64,000 bases of DNA. It comes from Planctomycetota bacterium. Lineage in GTDB: Bacteria; Planctomycetota; UBA1135; UBA2386. The stretch is from assembly GCA_046290465.1 (NCBI GenBank), contig JBKAGP010000001.1:5696001-5760000 (forward strand). The letters are read 5' to 3'. Of the stretch, positions 31,143-41,440 are shown in pieces (position 1 is the first letter of the stretch; the number at the start of each line of letters is the position of its first letter). The translations under genes and the position numbers were made by a program. The notes beneath the pieces are model-generated. The model was not told where the DNA came from. It saw only the letters and a list, made by a program, of their open reading frames with translations, and did not search any database.

Positions 31143-31151
31143 GTGGTTGCT

Positions 31152-33125
31152 TCAGCGGCGGCGGCGGTCGCGGGGCTTGCGGCCGCCGCGCGGCTTCACG
31201 CCGGCGTCCTTGGCGTGCACGTAGGTCGGGTCGCCGCGGCGCGCGTTGGCGGCCTTGCGGCGCGAGGCCAGCGCCTCCTTCGGTGCGCTGCTCGGGATCA
31301 GCGCCAGCGGGCCGTCGCCGATCAGCTCCTTCTTGCCGGCGTCGAGCAGCGCGCGGCGCACGACGAAGTAGTTCTCCGGCTTGAAGTACTGCATCAGAGC
31401 GCGCTGCACCTCGCGGTCCTTGAGCTTCTTGACCGTCTCGACCGGCTTCATCGTCGTCGGGTCGAGGCCCGTGTGGTACATGCACGTCGCGATGTCCATC
31501 GGTGCCGGGATGAAGTCCTGCACCTGCCGCGGCTTGTAGCCGCGCTGCTTCAGGAACACCGCGAGTTCGATCATCTCGTCGACGCCCGAGCCCGGGTGTG
31601 ACGCGATGAAGTACGGGATCAGGTACTGCTCCTTGCCGGCGCGCTTGCTCGCGTCCTGGAACTTCTCGGCGAAGTCGTCGAACGTGCCGATCGCCGGCTT
31701 CTTCATGTAGTCGAGCACCTTCTGGCTGGTGTGCTCGGGCGCGACCTTGAGCTGGCCGCCGACGTGGAAGCGCGCCATTTCCTCGAGGTAGCCGTCGTCG
31801 AAGCGCGCCAGGTCCATGCGGATGCCGGACGCAACCCGCACCGACTTGACCCCGGGGGTCTCGCGCACCTTCTTGAGCAGCTGTCGGGTCGGGCCGTGGT
31901 CGACGCCGAGTAGCTTGCAGACGGTCGGGTGCACGCACGACAGCCGGCGGCACTTCGCCTCGATCTCGGGCCGCGTGCAGCGCATCTGGTACATGTTCGC
32001 GGTCGGTCCGCCGACGTCGCTGATGTGGCCCTTGAACTCCGGGTCGGCGGCCATCTGGCGCACCTCCTGGAGCACGGACTTCTGGCTGCGGCTCTGGATC
32101 GCGCGGCCCTGGTGCATCGTGATCGAACAGAACGTGCAGCCGCCGAAGCAGCCGCGCATCGTCGTCACGCTGTCCTTGATCATCGTGTGCGCCGGGATCT
32201 CCTCGCCCTGGTAGCGGGGGTGCGGTCGGCGCGTGTAGGCGTGGTCGTAGATCGAGTCCATGCCGCGCTCGTCGAGCGCCAGCGCCGGCGGGTTGACCAC
32301 CAGCACGCGGTCGCCGTGGCGCTGGGTCAGGCGGCGGCCGTTCTTCGGGTTGGTCTCGTGGTGCAGCAGCCGGGTCGCCTCGGCGAACGCGCGCTTGTCG
32401 GCCTTGATCTGCTCGAAGCTCGGCAGCTCGACGGTCTTGTTGTCGCTGGCCGCGTCGTGCCACTCGTGGGCCGGCAGCTCCTCCTTGGAGCCGAGCAGGT
32501 AGGCGACGCCGCGCAGGTCGCGGCAGTCGGCGACGGTCTTGCCGTCGCGCAGCCGCGAGAGGATCTCGACGATCACCGATTCGCCCATGCCGAAGCCGAC
32601 CAGGTCGGCCTTCGACGTGACCAGGATCGACGGCCGCACCGTCTCCGACCAGTAGTCGAAGTGCGCGACGCGGCGCAGCGAGGCTTCGACGCCGCCGGCG
32701 ATCACCGGCACGTCCTTGAACGCCTCGCGACAGCGTTGCGCGTAGACGTTGGTGGCGCGGTCGGGGCGCAGCTCGATGCGGCCACCCGGCGAGTAGGCGT
32801 CGTCGTTGCGACGCTTCTTGTTCGCCGTGTAGTGGTTGATCATCGAGTCCATGTTGCCGGCGCTGACCGCGAAGCAGAGGCGCGGCCGGCCGAACTCGCG
32901 GAACGCGTCGGCCGTCTGCCACGCCGGCTGCGGCAGGATCGCGACGCGGAAGCCGTGGCTCTCGAGCACGCGGCCGAGCAGCGCCGCCGCGAACGACGGG
33001 TGGTCGACGTAGGCGTCTCCGGAGACGAACACGACGTCGACCTGGTCCCAGCCGCGCGCCTCCATCTCGGCGCGGGTGGTGGGCAGGAACGCGGTGGGCT
33101 CGGGCGTGCTGCAGGGGGAGGACAT
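31152..33125 (-). CDS. ygiQ: YgiQ (UPF0313) radical SAM protein
   Basis: [39 protein letters not shown] and [10 protein letters not shown]. Confidence 0.95.
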   Translation of the reverse strand: MSSPCSTPEPTAFLPTTRAEMEARGWDQVDVVFVSGDAYVDHPSFAAALLGRVLESHGFRVAILPQPAWQTADAFREFGRPRLCFAVSAGNMDSMINHYTANKKRRNDDAYSPGGRIELRPDRATNVYAQRCREAFKDVPVIAGGVEASLRRVAHFDYWSETVRPSILVTSKADLVGFGMGESVIVEILSRLRDGKTVADCRDLRGVAYLLGSKEELPAHEWHDAASDNKTVELPSFEQIKADKRAFAEATRLLHHETNPKNGRRLTQRHGDRVLVVNPPALALDERGMDSIYDHAYTRRPHPRYQGEEIPAHTMIKDSVTTMRGCFGGCTFCSITMHQGRAIQSRSQKSVLQEVRQMAADPEFKGHISDVGGPTANMYQMRCTRPEIEAKCRRLSCVHPTVCKLLGVDHGPTRQLLKKVRETPGVKSVRVASGIRMDLARFDDGYLEEMARFHVGGQLKVAPEHTSQKVLDYMKKPAIGTFDDFAEKFQDASKRAGKEQYLIPYFIASHPGSGVDEMIELAVFLKQRGYKPRQVQDFIPAPMDIATCMYHTGLDPTTMKPVETVKKLKDREVQRALMQYFKPENYFVVRRALLDAGKKELIGDGPLALIPSSAPKEALASRRKAANARRGDPTYVHAKDAGVKPRGGRKPRDRRRR

Positions 33126-33207
33126 CGGGGCGAAGATGGTAGCGGAATCGCGCGCGCGATGCCGTTCGCCTCGCCCCGGTCGCCTGGATGCGGGCCCCCG
33201 CGGGCGC

Positions 33208-34155
33208 TCAGTAGGCCGCGATCCAGCTGGTCTCGGTGGTCGTGATCGCGCCCGGCGCCAGCCACACCCCCTGCGAGAACAGCGTGATCGGGCGCACGGC
33301 GGCGGGGATCGGCAGGGTCTGCACGAACGAGGTCGGCGACAGGAACGTCACCAGGTCCGGGCTCGGCACCAGAGAACACGGCAGCACCACCGGGCTGTTG
33401 GGCCACGCGTAGTTGCCGAGGTAGACCGGCTGGGTCTGCAGGCCGAACACCGCGAACATCGAGCCGCCGAGCACGTTGCTGGTGCCGTAGTCGATGCCGC
33501 CGTCGAACCGCGGGGTGACGAAGTACGGGGCCGTCGCGCAGCCGCTGGCGATCGGTTGCACCAGCGTTTCCGCCGGGCGCAGCGTCATCGAGAACGACAC
33601 CCGGGACGACCCCGGCACGACGAGATCGAGGGCCAGCCGGCAGCGGATCGGGACCGGGGTGGGGCCGACCTGCAGCACGCTCGCGAGCGTCTGCTGGGTG
33701 AACTCGGTCAGCTCGAACGAGCCGTCGTCGAGCACGTCGATGGCCCGCGCCGGCGTCGCTGCGCCGTTGGGGGCGGCGGCGAACACCGTGGCGTCGAGTG
33801 CGACCGAGATCGGGGTGGGGTGGCTGACCATCAGCACCACGTCGAGCGGCGCCACGCTCGCCGATCCGGAGCCCGCCGTGAAGCACTCGGCGTTGAGGTT
33901 GACGCCGAACTGGGTCTCGCTCCCGGAGGTCACCCACGAGAAGAACGCCAGCCCGTTGTCGGCTGCGCCGCCGGCCGCGGCGGTGAGCGCGCCAATCGGG
34001 CTGAGCGGTCCGGTCGGGATCGTCGTGGTCTGCGTCTGCGGGCCGCCGGCGGCCGCCAGCGTGCCGCCGCTCGCGGCGAGCGTGACGTTGAGGTTCTGGG
34101 CGGAGAGGGATGCGGCCAGCAGCAGCGCGGCCACCGTCGGTACGGAGTGGTCCAT
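33208..34155 (-). CDS. Secreted hypothetical protein
   Basis: Signal peptide ending LSA-Q; C-terminal SGC...PC.LV...LPIP...Q segment. Confidence 0.75.
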   Translation of the reverse strand: MDHSVPTVAALLLAASLSAQNLNVTLAASGGTLAAAGGPQTQTTTIPTGPLSPIGALTAAAGGAADNGLAFFSWVTSGSETQFGVNLNAECFTAGSGSASVAPLDVVLMVSHPTPISVALDATVFAAAPNGAATPARAIDVLDDGSFELTEFTQQTLASVLQVGPTPVPIRCRLALDLVVPGSSRVSFSMTLRPAETLVQPIASGCATAPYFVTPRFDGGIDYGTSNVLGGSMFAVFGLQTQPVYLGNYAWPNSPVVLPCSLVPSPDLVTFLSPTSFVQTLPIPAAVRPITLFSQGVWLAPGAITTTETSWIAAY

Positions 34156-34361
34156 GGGCAGGTTCGAGGGGTCGGGTCGCCGGAGAGGACGCAACGGCGG
34201 ATCTTCCGTCGGTTGCTAGGCCGTGTTCGCCGGCCGGTAACCGGCGCGCCCTCCGCAAAGCGCGGGGGCTTCCATCGCGATCGACGGAAGCCCCTATGCC
34301 CGAAGGTCTACTGTGCGCGAGGGTTCGCACCCGAACGCGCGCGCGCACCCACCCCGTCGCG

Positions 34362-35933
34362 TCAGTTGCCGAGCGTGCCTTCGACCGCGTTCGACACGAT
34401 CAGGTTGGCCGGGTTGCTCAGGCTCAGCGCGATCGACTGGGCCGACACCGGCGTGCCGGCGAACGCCGGCAGGTTGGGCAGCGTCCAGGTCACCGTCGCG
34501 ACGCCGCCGTTGGCGACACCGGTCAGGGTCGTCGGCGCGGTTGCCAGGTGGATCTCGCAGCCCGGCGCATGGAGGCCGATGGCGGTCATCGGGATCGAGA
34601 CCGGCGAACGGTCCCCGAACACGGTGATCGCGATCGGCGAGACCGGGTCGATGTTCGCCGTGGTCAGGTCCCACGCGCTGCCGAGCACCGGCAGGCTGCC
34701 GCTCAGCGTCATGCTGTCCGAGAACGGCGCGATGCCGGTCGTGAACAGCTGCGGGCCGAGGTTGACCAGGTCGGAGAAGTCGATGCCGCCGAGGTCCCCG
34801 GCGTCGAAGCCCGGCGTCACGCCGGTCAGCGCGTCGGCCAGCGAGCAGGTGCCGTAGCGGACCTCGAGGATGCCGGTATCGAACAGCACGACCTGCACGG
34901 TGTTGGCGCCGGTGCTGCTGTACTCGGGCACGTTGCTGAACGTGATGCGGAACTCGTTGCTGCTGACCGCCTCGAGGTGGATGGTGCCGCCGCTCGACGG
35001 GTTCAGGTCGTCCCACAGGAACGCCAGCCGCGGGAACTGGCTAAGGAACTCCGCGACGGTCTCGGTGTAGTCCGCATTCGTCACGGTCGGGTCGAAGCTG
35101 AGCCAGCCGTTGGAGCACAGCGCGATGTCGCTGATGTCGCCGTGCGGGCTCGGCATCGTGAAGCCGAGCGGCACGACCTGGACCTGGTCGTCGCCGAAGC
35201 TGGTCGCCGCGCCGGTCGGCGTGACGAACGCCTGGGCACCGTCGAGCAGCAGGTAGCCGTCGCCGGTCCAGATGTAGGTGTGGCCGGTGTCGCTGAGGTC
35301 GAACGCGCTGTGCAGTTCGTACTGCGCGTCGCCGACGTCGTTGCCGCCGCAGCCGGCGCCGTACTCGACGATGTCGGCGAACGTGCAGCCGGTGCCGGTG
35401 GTGTCGCCCACGTCGTAGTAGATGTTGCCGTTCCAGATGCGCGGGTTGAAGTTGGACAGGAACGCGTACGACAGGCCGGCGCCCTCGTAGATCTCCAGGT
35501 CGGCGCTGGACGCGTAGAGCGCGCCGGTGGTGGTGCCGTTGGTGTAGTTCATCGCCGACCCGTTGGTGACGGTCACGTAGAACGCCTGGGTGGTGCCGCT
35601 GGGGATGAACGTCTCGACGCAGATCGGCAGCTGGGTCGGCATGTCCAGGCCGGCGCTGACGACGCCGGTCGCGCTGCCGACCAGGGTCCAGGCCGAAGCG
35701 GTGTTGACCGAGGGCGCGTAGCTGCCGGGCGTGCTCTGCACGTAGACCTCGAGGTCCCAGGTGCCGGGATCGAGGCTGACGTCGAACGTGCGGACCGTGA
35801 CGCCGGCGGCGTTGGTCGCGACCAGGTCGAACATGTTGCCCGCCTGGCCGTTGTTGCTGGCGAACAGGGTGGTGAGGGGGGACTGGGCGGCGATCGCGGA
35901 CGCGAGCGCTGCCACCGACAGGAAGGTGCGCAT
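34362..35933 (-). CDS. Secreted multidomain beta-rich protein (paralog of 25261..26901)
   Basis: Signal peptide IAA-Q; PLTTLFASNN, PRIWNG, PRLAFLWDDL, APGC...Q...SNA; strongly biased codon usage. Confidence 0.88.
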   Translation of the reverse strand: MRTFLSVAALASAIAAQSPLTTLFASNNGQAGNMFDLVATNAAGVTVRTFDVSLDPGTWDLEVYVQSTPGSYAPSVNTASAWTLVGSATGVVSAGLDMPTQLPICVETFIPSGTTQAFYVTVTNGSAMNYTNGTTTGALYASSADLEIYEGAGLSYAFLSNFNPRIWNGNIYYDVGDTTGTGCTFADIVEYGAGCGGNDVGDAQYELHSAFDLSDTGHTYIWTGDGYLLLDGAQAFVTPTGAATSFGDDQVQVVPLGFTMPSPHGDISDIALCSNGWLSFDPTVTNADYTETVAEFLSQFPRLAFLWDDLNPSSGGTIHLEAVSSNEFRITFSNVPEYSSTGANTVQVVLFDTGILEVRYGTCSLADALTGVTPGFDAGDLGGIDFSDLVNLGPQLFTTGIAPFSDSMTLSGSLPVLGSAWDLTTANIDPVSPIAITVFGDRSPVSIPMTAIGLHAPGCEIHLATAPTTLTGVANGGVATVTWTLPNLPAFAGTPVSAQSIALSLSNPANLIVSNAVEGTLGN

Positions 35934-36064
35934 GGGGACTCGGGGAGGTTACGAGGTGTCGACACAGCGTAGACGCGAGGTGGTCGTCGTCCAGTGCGGC
36001 GGCGCTTCGCGATCGCCACCGTCGAGGTCGACGCCGGCCCGTTCGCTCCCCTAGCATCGGGGCG

Positions 36065-38305
36065 ATGCCGTCGCTGCGACTCGTCGTCACCCACCCGGGT
36101 GGAGCCCACAAGGATGACCTGCTCGCGTGCTGCGTGCTGATCAGCAGGTTCGGCTGCGCGATCGAGCGGCGCGAGCCGACCGCTGCCGACCTCGCCGACG
36201 AGGCGGTCGCCGTGGTGGACGTCGGCGGCGAGCACGAGCCGGCGCGCCATAACTACGACCACCACCACTTCCCGCGCGAGCACCCGCCGACCTGTGCGCT
36301 CAGCCTCGTGCTCGACGCGATCGGCGTCTACGACGACGCCCGCACGTTCTGCGACTGGTTGGAGCCGGCCGAGTGGTTCGATTCGCGCGGGCCGAAGAAG
36401 ACCGCCGAGTGGCTCGGCGTGCCGCGCCGCGCGGTGTCACAGCTGCACTCGCCGATCGACGGCACGCTGCTGCGTCGGTTCGCCGCGTCGAACGCGCACC
36501 GCCCCGGCGAGGTCGTCTACGAGTACATGAAGCTCGTCGGCGACGACCTGCTGGCCTACCTGCGCGACGTTCGCGCCGGCATCGAACGCGTCGACGCGGT
36601 CTGCGAGCGGTGGGCCGTCGACGCGCACGGCGAGGTCGTCGAGACCGTGTTCGTGCCGCGCAGCGACGATGCGCTCGACGATCCGTCCGCCAACGCCGCC
36701 CGCTACGTGCGCGCCATGGGCCTCGAGCACCGGATCGGCGCGTTGGTCTATCCCGACCGCCGCGGCGACGGCTACGGCATCGCCCGCTACGAGGACGACC
36801 CGCGCCTCGACTTCTCCCGCGTCGAACGCGAGCCCGACGTTCGCTTCGCCCACGTCAGCGGCTTCGTCTGCAAGACCGACGCCACCGACCCCGATCGCCT
36901 GCGCGAACTGATCCGAGCCGCCGTCATCCCCGGCACCGAACGCGACGTACGCGGTCTCAACGCTCGCGAGCGCGAGCGCTCGCGAACGTTGGAGGATGGA
37001 CCGCGTACCGTACCGCTACTTTGCGGGTTACTGGTCGCGCAGGGCCTGGAGCAGTTCCTGCATGCGGCGGTGGAGCTGGTCGGCTTGCTCGACGTCGCCC
37101 GATTCGATCAGCGAGCGCATGCCGGCGAAGCCGGAGGCGACCGAGAAGCCGGAGACGGTCGTGGTGCCGTCGGAGCTGGTCCAGTGGAACTCCTGGGCGG
37201 TGACGTGCTCGCCCGAGACCAGGCGGCGCTTCAGCTGCAGGAAGTCGGCGAGCTCGTCGCGTTCGGTCGGGGTCAGGTCCTCGCCGTGGCGCGCCAGCAC
37301 CGCCTGCACCGGTGGCTCCGGTCGGGATCGCTGCACCAGCTGCGGGACCTCTTGCCCGCGGCGCGATCGCTGCAGTGGCGGTTCGGGCTGGTCCGCCGGC
37401 GCCGGCCTCGGAGAGCCCAATTGCGGAGAGCCCAACTGCGACGAGCCCTGCTGCGACGAGCCCTGCTGCGAGTCTGGCTGCCTCTTTGCTGGCGGAGCCG
37501 CAGCAGACCGTGCACCCGGCTCGCGCGGCGGCTGCGGCATCGGCGCCCGTTCCCCCAGGCGGCGCCAGTCGGCGCCGTCGCGCTCCAGCGCCCGGCCGAG
37601 GTCCAGCACCAGCGCGGCGAGTTCGTGCTCGGCGCTGTGTTCGGGCGTCGCGGCGAGCACCCGTCGGGCGCGGGCGCGCAGGTCGAACAGGTCGAGCTGG
37701 CTCTCGAGCAGCGGCCGGCGCTGCCGCGGCGGCAGGTCGGCGGCGATCGTCAGGTCGCCGAGCACGCGCCGGCTGGTCGCCGCGAACGCCGCATCGCCGT
37801 GCGACGGCTGCAGCGGCGAGGCGTCGGTGGCGGGGCCGGCGTCGCCGCCCATGTGGTAGCCGATCGCCCAGAACAGGCCGAGCAGCGCTGCGGCCAGCAG
37901 CCAGCGCAGGCCGCGGTCGGACGCGGCTGTGCCGTCGAGCGCCGCGACCCGGTCGCGCCGCCGCTGCTGCGTCGCCGCGAGCACGCGTGCGCCGAGGTCC
38001 GCGGCGTGGCGGTGCGGCGGCAGGTTGTGGGTCGCGCGGGCGAGGCGTTCGGTCTCGCGCAGGTTGCGCAGGCACGACGGACAGCCCCGCAGGTGCCGCT
38101 GCAGCGCGGCGCGGCGCGGCGCGTCGAGGCGGCCGTCGAGGAACGCCGAGCTCAGTTCGTGCGCGCGGCGGCAGACGTCGGGTCGCGAACGCGTCATCGC
38201 TCGAGGTGCTCCTGCAGGAGGGCCCGCAGCTGCTGCCGCGCGCGGTGCAGCCGGCTGGACACGGTCTTGGCGGAGATCGACAGCACGGCGGCGATCTCCT
38301 CGTAA
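36065..38305 (+). CDS. MYG1-family metal-dependent hydrolase; homologous part ends near 36930 but the first in-frame stop is at 38305
   Basis: VTHPGGAHKDD, VDVGG, YDHHH and FAHVSGF; the remainder is antisense to the anti-sigma gene. Confidence 0.75.
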   Translation: MPSLRLVVTHPGGAHKDDLLACCVLISRFGCAIERREPTAADLADEAVAVVDVGGEHEPARHNYDHHHFPREHPPTCALSLVLDAIGVYDDARTFCDWLEPAEWFDSRGPKKTAEWLGVPRRAVSQLHSPIDGTLLRRFAASNAHRPGEVVYEYMKLVGDDLLAYLRDVRAGIERVDAVCERWAVDAHGEVVETVFVPRSDDALDDPSANAARYVRAMGLEHRIGALVYPDRRGDGYGIARYEDDPRLDFSRVEREPDVRFAHVSGFVCKTDATDPDRLRELIRAAVIPGTERDVRGLNARERERSRTLEDGPRTVPLLCGLLVAQGLEQFLHAAVELVGLLDVARFDQRAHAGEAGGDREAGDGRGAVGAGPVELLGGDVLARDQAALQLQEVGELVAFGRGQVLAVARQHRLHRWLRSGSLHQLRDLLPAARSLQWRFGLVRRRRPRRAQLRRAQLRRALLRRALLRVWLPLCWRSRSRPCTRLARRLRHRRPFPQAAPVGAVALQRPAEVQHQRGEFVLGAVFGRRGEHPSGAGAQVEQVELALEQRPALPRRQVGGDRQVAEHAPAGRRERRIAVRRLQRRGVGGGAGVAAHVVADRPEQAEQRCGQQPAQAAVGRGCAVERRDPVAPPLLRRREHACAEVRGVAVRRQVVGRAGEAFGLAQVAQARRTAPQVPLQRGAARRVEAAVEERRAQFVRAAADVGSRTRHRSRCSCRRARSCCRARCSRLDTVLAEIDSTAAISS
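36947..37008. repeat. Nested inverted repeat (long hairpin) between convergent genes; terminator or REP/MITE-like
   Basis: Outer arms GTACGCGGTC / GACCGCGTAC; inner arms 36958-36973 and 36976-36991 are 15/16 complementary. Confidence 0.8.
37028..38197 (-). CDS. Zinc-binding anti-sigma factor (zf-HC2/ZAS) with TM and extracytoplasmic domain
   Basis: C...HLRGCPSC; TM WLLAAALLGLFWAIG; ATGA overlap with the sigma gene. Confidence 0.85.
   Translation of the reverse strand: MTRSRPDVCRRAHELSSAFLDGRLDAPRRAALQRHLRGCPSCLRNLRETERLARATHNLPPHRHAADLGARVLAATQQRRRDRVAALDGTAASDRGLRWLLAAALLGLFWAIGYHMGGDAGPATDASPLQPSHGDAAFAATSRRVLGDLTIAADLPPRQRRPLLESQLDLFDLRARARRVLAATPEHSAEHELAALVLDLGRALERDGADWRRLGERAPMPQPPREPGARSAAAPPAKRQPDSQQGSSQQGSSQLGSPQLGSPRPAPADQPEPPLQRSRRGQEVPQLVQRSRPEPPVQAVLARHGEDLTPTERDELADFLQLKRRLVSGEHVTAQEFHWTSSDGTTTVSGFSVASGFAGMRSLIESGDVEQADQLHRRMQELLQALRDQ
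37409..37468. repeat. Four 15-bp tandem repeats within the anti-sigma CDS
   Basis: CGGAGAGCCCAAYTG x2 then CGACGAGCCCTGCTG x2, encoding QQGSS QQGSS QLGSP QLGSP. Confidence 0.85.
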
Positions 38306-38781
38306 CTCAGCCCCTCGCCGTCGCGCAGCAGAAACACGGTGCGGAACGTCTCGGGCAGTTCCTGCAGCGCATCCTCGAGCGCGACCTGGAACTCGCGGTG
38401 CTCGGCGGTGGTCACGGCCGCGGGGGCGGCGGCGTCGCGCGCTGCCGCGGCGTCGTTGCGGCGGCGGTGGCGGCCCTCGCGCCGCAGCAGGTCGAGCGCC
38501 AGGTTGCGCGCGATGCGGAACAGCCAGACCGCCATCGGCCAGCGGTCGTCGAAGCGGTGCGCGTCGCGCAGCGCGCGCACCAGCACCTCTTGCAGCAGGT
38601 CGTCGGCCCACGCGTGGTCGCGCACGATGCGCACCAGCAGGCCCTGCACGCGCTCACCGAAGCGGGCCACGAACGCGTCGACCGCGGCCGCGTCGCCGCG
38701 GCTGGCGAGGTCGAGCAGCTGCTCGTCGCGGACGTCGCTCCAGGCGTCGTCGCGATGGTGCGTTCCCCGGTGGGGCTGCAT
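38194..38781 (-). CDS. ECF sigma-70 factor
   Basis: ADDLLQEVLVRA, WLFRIARNLALD, LPETFRTVFLLRDGEGLSYEEIA...TVSSRLHRAR. Confidence 0.93.
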   Translation of the reverse strand: MQPHRGTHHRDDAWSDVRDEQLLDLASRGDAAAVDAFVARFGERVQGLLVRIVRDHAWADDLLQEVLVRALRDAHRFDDRWPMAVWLFRIARNLALDLLRREGRHRRRNDAAAARDAAAPAAVTTAEHREFQVALEDALQELPETFRTVFLLRDGEGLSYEEIAAVLSISAKTVSSRLHRARQQLRALLQEHLER

Positions 38782-38785
38782 GCGC

Positions 38786-39319
38786 TCAGCGTAGCCGGCG
38801 ACGCGGTTGCAGGCGGCCCCGCTGGCGGTCGGCGGCACGCCGGTCGGCGGCGCCACGGCCGCCCGCCCCCTTCGCATCGCGCCCCTTGGACGAGCGACCG
38901 CTGGACGCCCTGCGGGCCTTGCGATCGGCCTTGCGATCGAACTCGCGGTCGACCTTGCGCTCGAACTGCTGCTTCATGCGGCCGAGCTCGCGCTCCATCT
39001 CCTGCTTCATGCGCCGCATCATCTCGTCCGCGTCGACGGCCGGCGCGGGGCGGCGGCCGGCGCCACCGGGCAGCGGGCGACCGGCGCCACCGACCGGGCC
39101 GCCGTTCTCGCGGCGCTCGTCGACGACCTTGCGGCCGTTCTTCACGACCACCCGATGCGTGACCGTGTGCGACTTGCGGCCGCCGCCGTCGCTGCGCGCC
39201 TCGGCGCGAGCCTCGGCCCGGGCCTCCGACGTCTCTGGGGTGGGCTTCTGGGCGTAGGCGGCGGCGGCGCACGCGGCCAGGGCGAACAGGAACGAACAGG
39301 CTCTCGTCGGCATCGTCAT
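38786..39319 (-). CDS. Small secreted charged protein upstream of the ECF sigma
   Basis: Signal peptide AYA-Q; highly charged helical C-terminus. Confidence 0.65.
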   Translation of the reverse strand: MTMPTRACSFLFALAACAAAAYAQKPTPETSEARAEARAEARSDGGGRKSHTVTHRVVVKNGRKVVDERRENGGPVGGAGRPLPGGAGRRPAPAVDADEMMRRMKQEMERELGRMKQQFERKVDREFDRKADRKARRASSGRSSKGRDAKGAGGRGAADRRAADRQRGRLQPRRRLR

Positions 39320-39497
39320 GATCGGGTTCTTGCGGAGGGGTCGGGCAACCTGCCTACGCCGCGGCCTGCATGCGTGCCCCGCACGCGCGGCTGGAATCTC
39401 GCCCGGGCACCGCGACCACAGCCCTTTTGCTGGCCCCGCCTGGGCCAAGGTGCGAAGCTGGGTCAAGTCGTCGCTCCGGGCTCGCCGATGTTGGCCC

Positions 39498-41438
39498 GTG
39501 GCGCATCCCGAACCAGGTGGAACCGAGTTGCTCGAAGCCGAGAACCGCAGCCTGATCGAGTCGCTGCAGCTGCGGCTGCTGGAGTCGACTCCTGACCTGC
39601 TGGCGATCGCATCCAAGGAAGGCCGCTTCCTGTGGGTGTCCGCCGCGTGGACCGAGGCGCTCGGCTGGTCGGCGGAGGAGCTGATGGCGTCGCCGTTCCT
39701 CGACTTCGTCGTCGAGTCGGACCGCGAGGCGACCATGGCGGAGTTCGCCGAGATGATCCGCGAGGGCCGCAGCGCGCTGCAGTTCCAGAACCGCTACCGG
39801 CAGCGGGACGGCGGCTGCCGCTGGCTCGAGTGGAACGCGAACGTCGTCGACGACGGCCACGTGCTGTGCGTCGCGCGCGACATCACCGACCGCAAGGAGA
39901 CCGAGCAGCGCGCCAGCGAACGGCTGCGCCAGCTGCAGATGACCGAGGAGCTGGTGGCGCTCGGATCCTGGCGCGTCGACATAGAGGAGGGGCTGCCGTA
40001 CTGGTCGCCGATGGTCTACCAGATCCACGGCCGCGACCCCGAGACCTACCGGCCCAGCCTTGAGGAGGCGATCGACGCCTACCATGTCGAGGACCGCCAG
40101 CGGGTCGCCGACTACGTCGGTGGCGCGATCGAGCGACGCGAGCCGTTCGACTTCGAGGCGCGCATCGTGCGGCCGTGCGGCGAGGTCCGGCTGGTGCACT
40201 CGCGCGGCGTGCCCGAGGTCGACGACGACGGCGAGGTCGTGTCGCTGTTCGGCATCTTCCGCGACATCACCGACGAGCGCCGCATCGAGGAGACCGTGCG
40301 TCGCTCGGAGCGCATGGCGTCGATCGGCACGATGGCGGCCGGCATCGCGCACGAGATCAACAACCCGCTCAGCTACGTGCTCGGCAACCTGCAGCTGCTG
40401 CAGGAGGATCTCTGCGAGCTGCAGCGCACGGTCGGCGACCAGGTGCTGTCGGGCATGCGGGAGATGCTCGAGGACTCGGTGGCCGGCGCGCAGCGGATCC
40501 GCAAGATCGTCGACGGGGTGCGTTCGTTCACGCGGGTCGAAGCGGCGCGGGCCGGGCCGGTCGACGTCAACGAGGCGGTGCACGCGGCGGTCGCGTTCGC
40601 CGAACACGAGATCAAGGTGCGCGCGGTGCTGTCGCTGGAGCTGGCGGCCCGCAACCTGGTGCTGATCGACGAGACCCAGCTGGTGCAGGTGCTGGTCAAC
40701 CTGCTGATCAACGCGGCGCAGGCCTTGCCCGCCGGCAGCGCCTCCGAGCACCGCATCCGGATCGCGACCGAGGACGACGGCGACTGCGTGTCGCTGTGCG
40801 TCTCCGACACCGGCCCCGGCGTGCCCGCCGAACTGCACGGCCGGATCTTCGACCCGTTCTTCACGACCAAGCCGGTCGGCAACGGCACCGGGCTTGGCCT
40901 TTCGATCTGCCACACGATCGTCGAGCAGTGCGGCGGCTCGATCGCGCTCGAGCCGAGCGAGGCCGGCGCCTGCTTCCGGGTGCGGCTGCCGGTCGCCGAA
41001 CGGACCGTCGACCGCGACGACGACGCCGTCGACGTGCCCGACGGCGGTGGCGGTCTGCCGACGCTGCTGGTCGTCGACGACGAGCCGGCGGTGCTCAAGA
41101 TGGTCTCGCGCGCGCTCCGCCGTCAGTTCGTGGTGCAGCAGGCGCGCAGCGGCCGCGAGGCGATCGAACGGCTCGGGTCGGGCCTCGTGGTCGACCTGAT
41201 CCTCTGCGACTTGATGATGCCGGAGGTCTCCGGCATGGACGTGCTGCAGCACCTGCGCGAGCAGCACCAGGAGCTGGTGCCGCGGTTCGTGTTCGCGACC
41301 GGCGGCAACTTCGCGCCCGAGGCGCGCGCACAGCTCGAACAGGAAGGGGTCGAACTGGTGCGCAAGCCGATCGACGTCGCCAACCTGCGCGAGCGCCTCG
41401 AGTCGCTGCTCGGTGCGCTCGGCCGACGGCCCGCCTAG
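39498..41438 (+). CDS. Cytoplasmic hybrid histidine kinase (2 PAS + HisKA + HATPase + receiver); start uncertain
   Basis: ARDITD and FRDITD PAS ends, AHEINNPL, NLLINA, DTGPG, FFTTK, GTGLGL, VVDDE...CDLMMP...KP. Confidence 0.92.
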   Translation: MAHPEPGGTELLEAENRSLIESLQLRLLESTPDLLAIASKEGRFLWVSAAWTEALGWSAEELMASPFLDFVVESDREATMAEFAEMIREGRSALQFQNRYRQRDGGCRWLEWNANVVDDGHVLCVARDITDRKETEQRASERLRQLQMTEELVALGSWRVDIEEGLPYWSPMVYQIHGRDPETYRPSLEEAIDAYHVEDRQRVADYVGGAIERREPFDFEARIVRPCGEVRLVHSRGVPEVDDDGEVVSLFGIFRDITDERRIEETVRRSERMASIGTMAAGIAHEINNPLSYVLGNLQLLQEDLCELQRTVGDQVLSGMREMLEDSVAGAQRIRKIVDGVRSFTRVEAARAGPVDVNEAVHAAVAFAEHEIKVRAVLSLELAARNLVLIDETQLVQVLVNLLINAAQALPAGSASEHRIRIATEDDGDCVSLCVSDTGPGVPAELHGRIFDPFFTTKPVGNGTGLGLSICHTIVEQCGGSIALEPSEAGACFRVRLPVAERTVDRDDDAVDVPDGGGGLPTLLVVDDEPAVLKMVSRALRRQFVVQQARSGREAIERLGSGLVVDLILCDLMMPEVSGMDVLQHLREQHQELVPRFVFATGGNFAPEARAQLEQEGVELVRKPIDVANLRERLESLLGALGRRPA

Positions 41439-41440
41439 CG

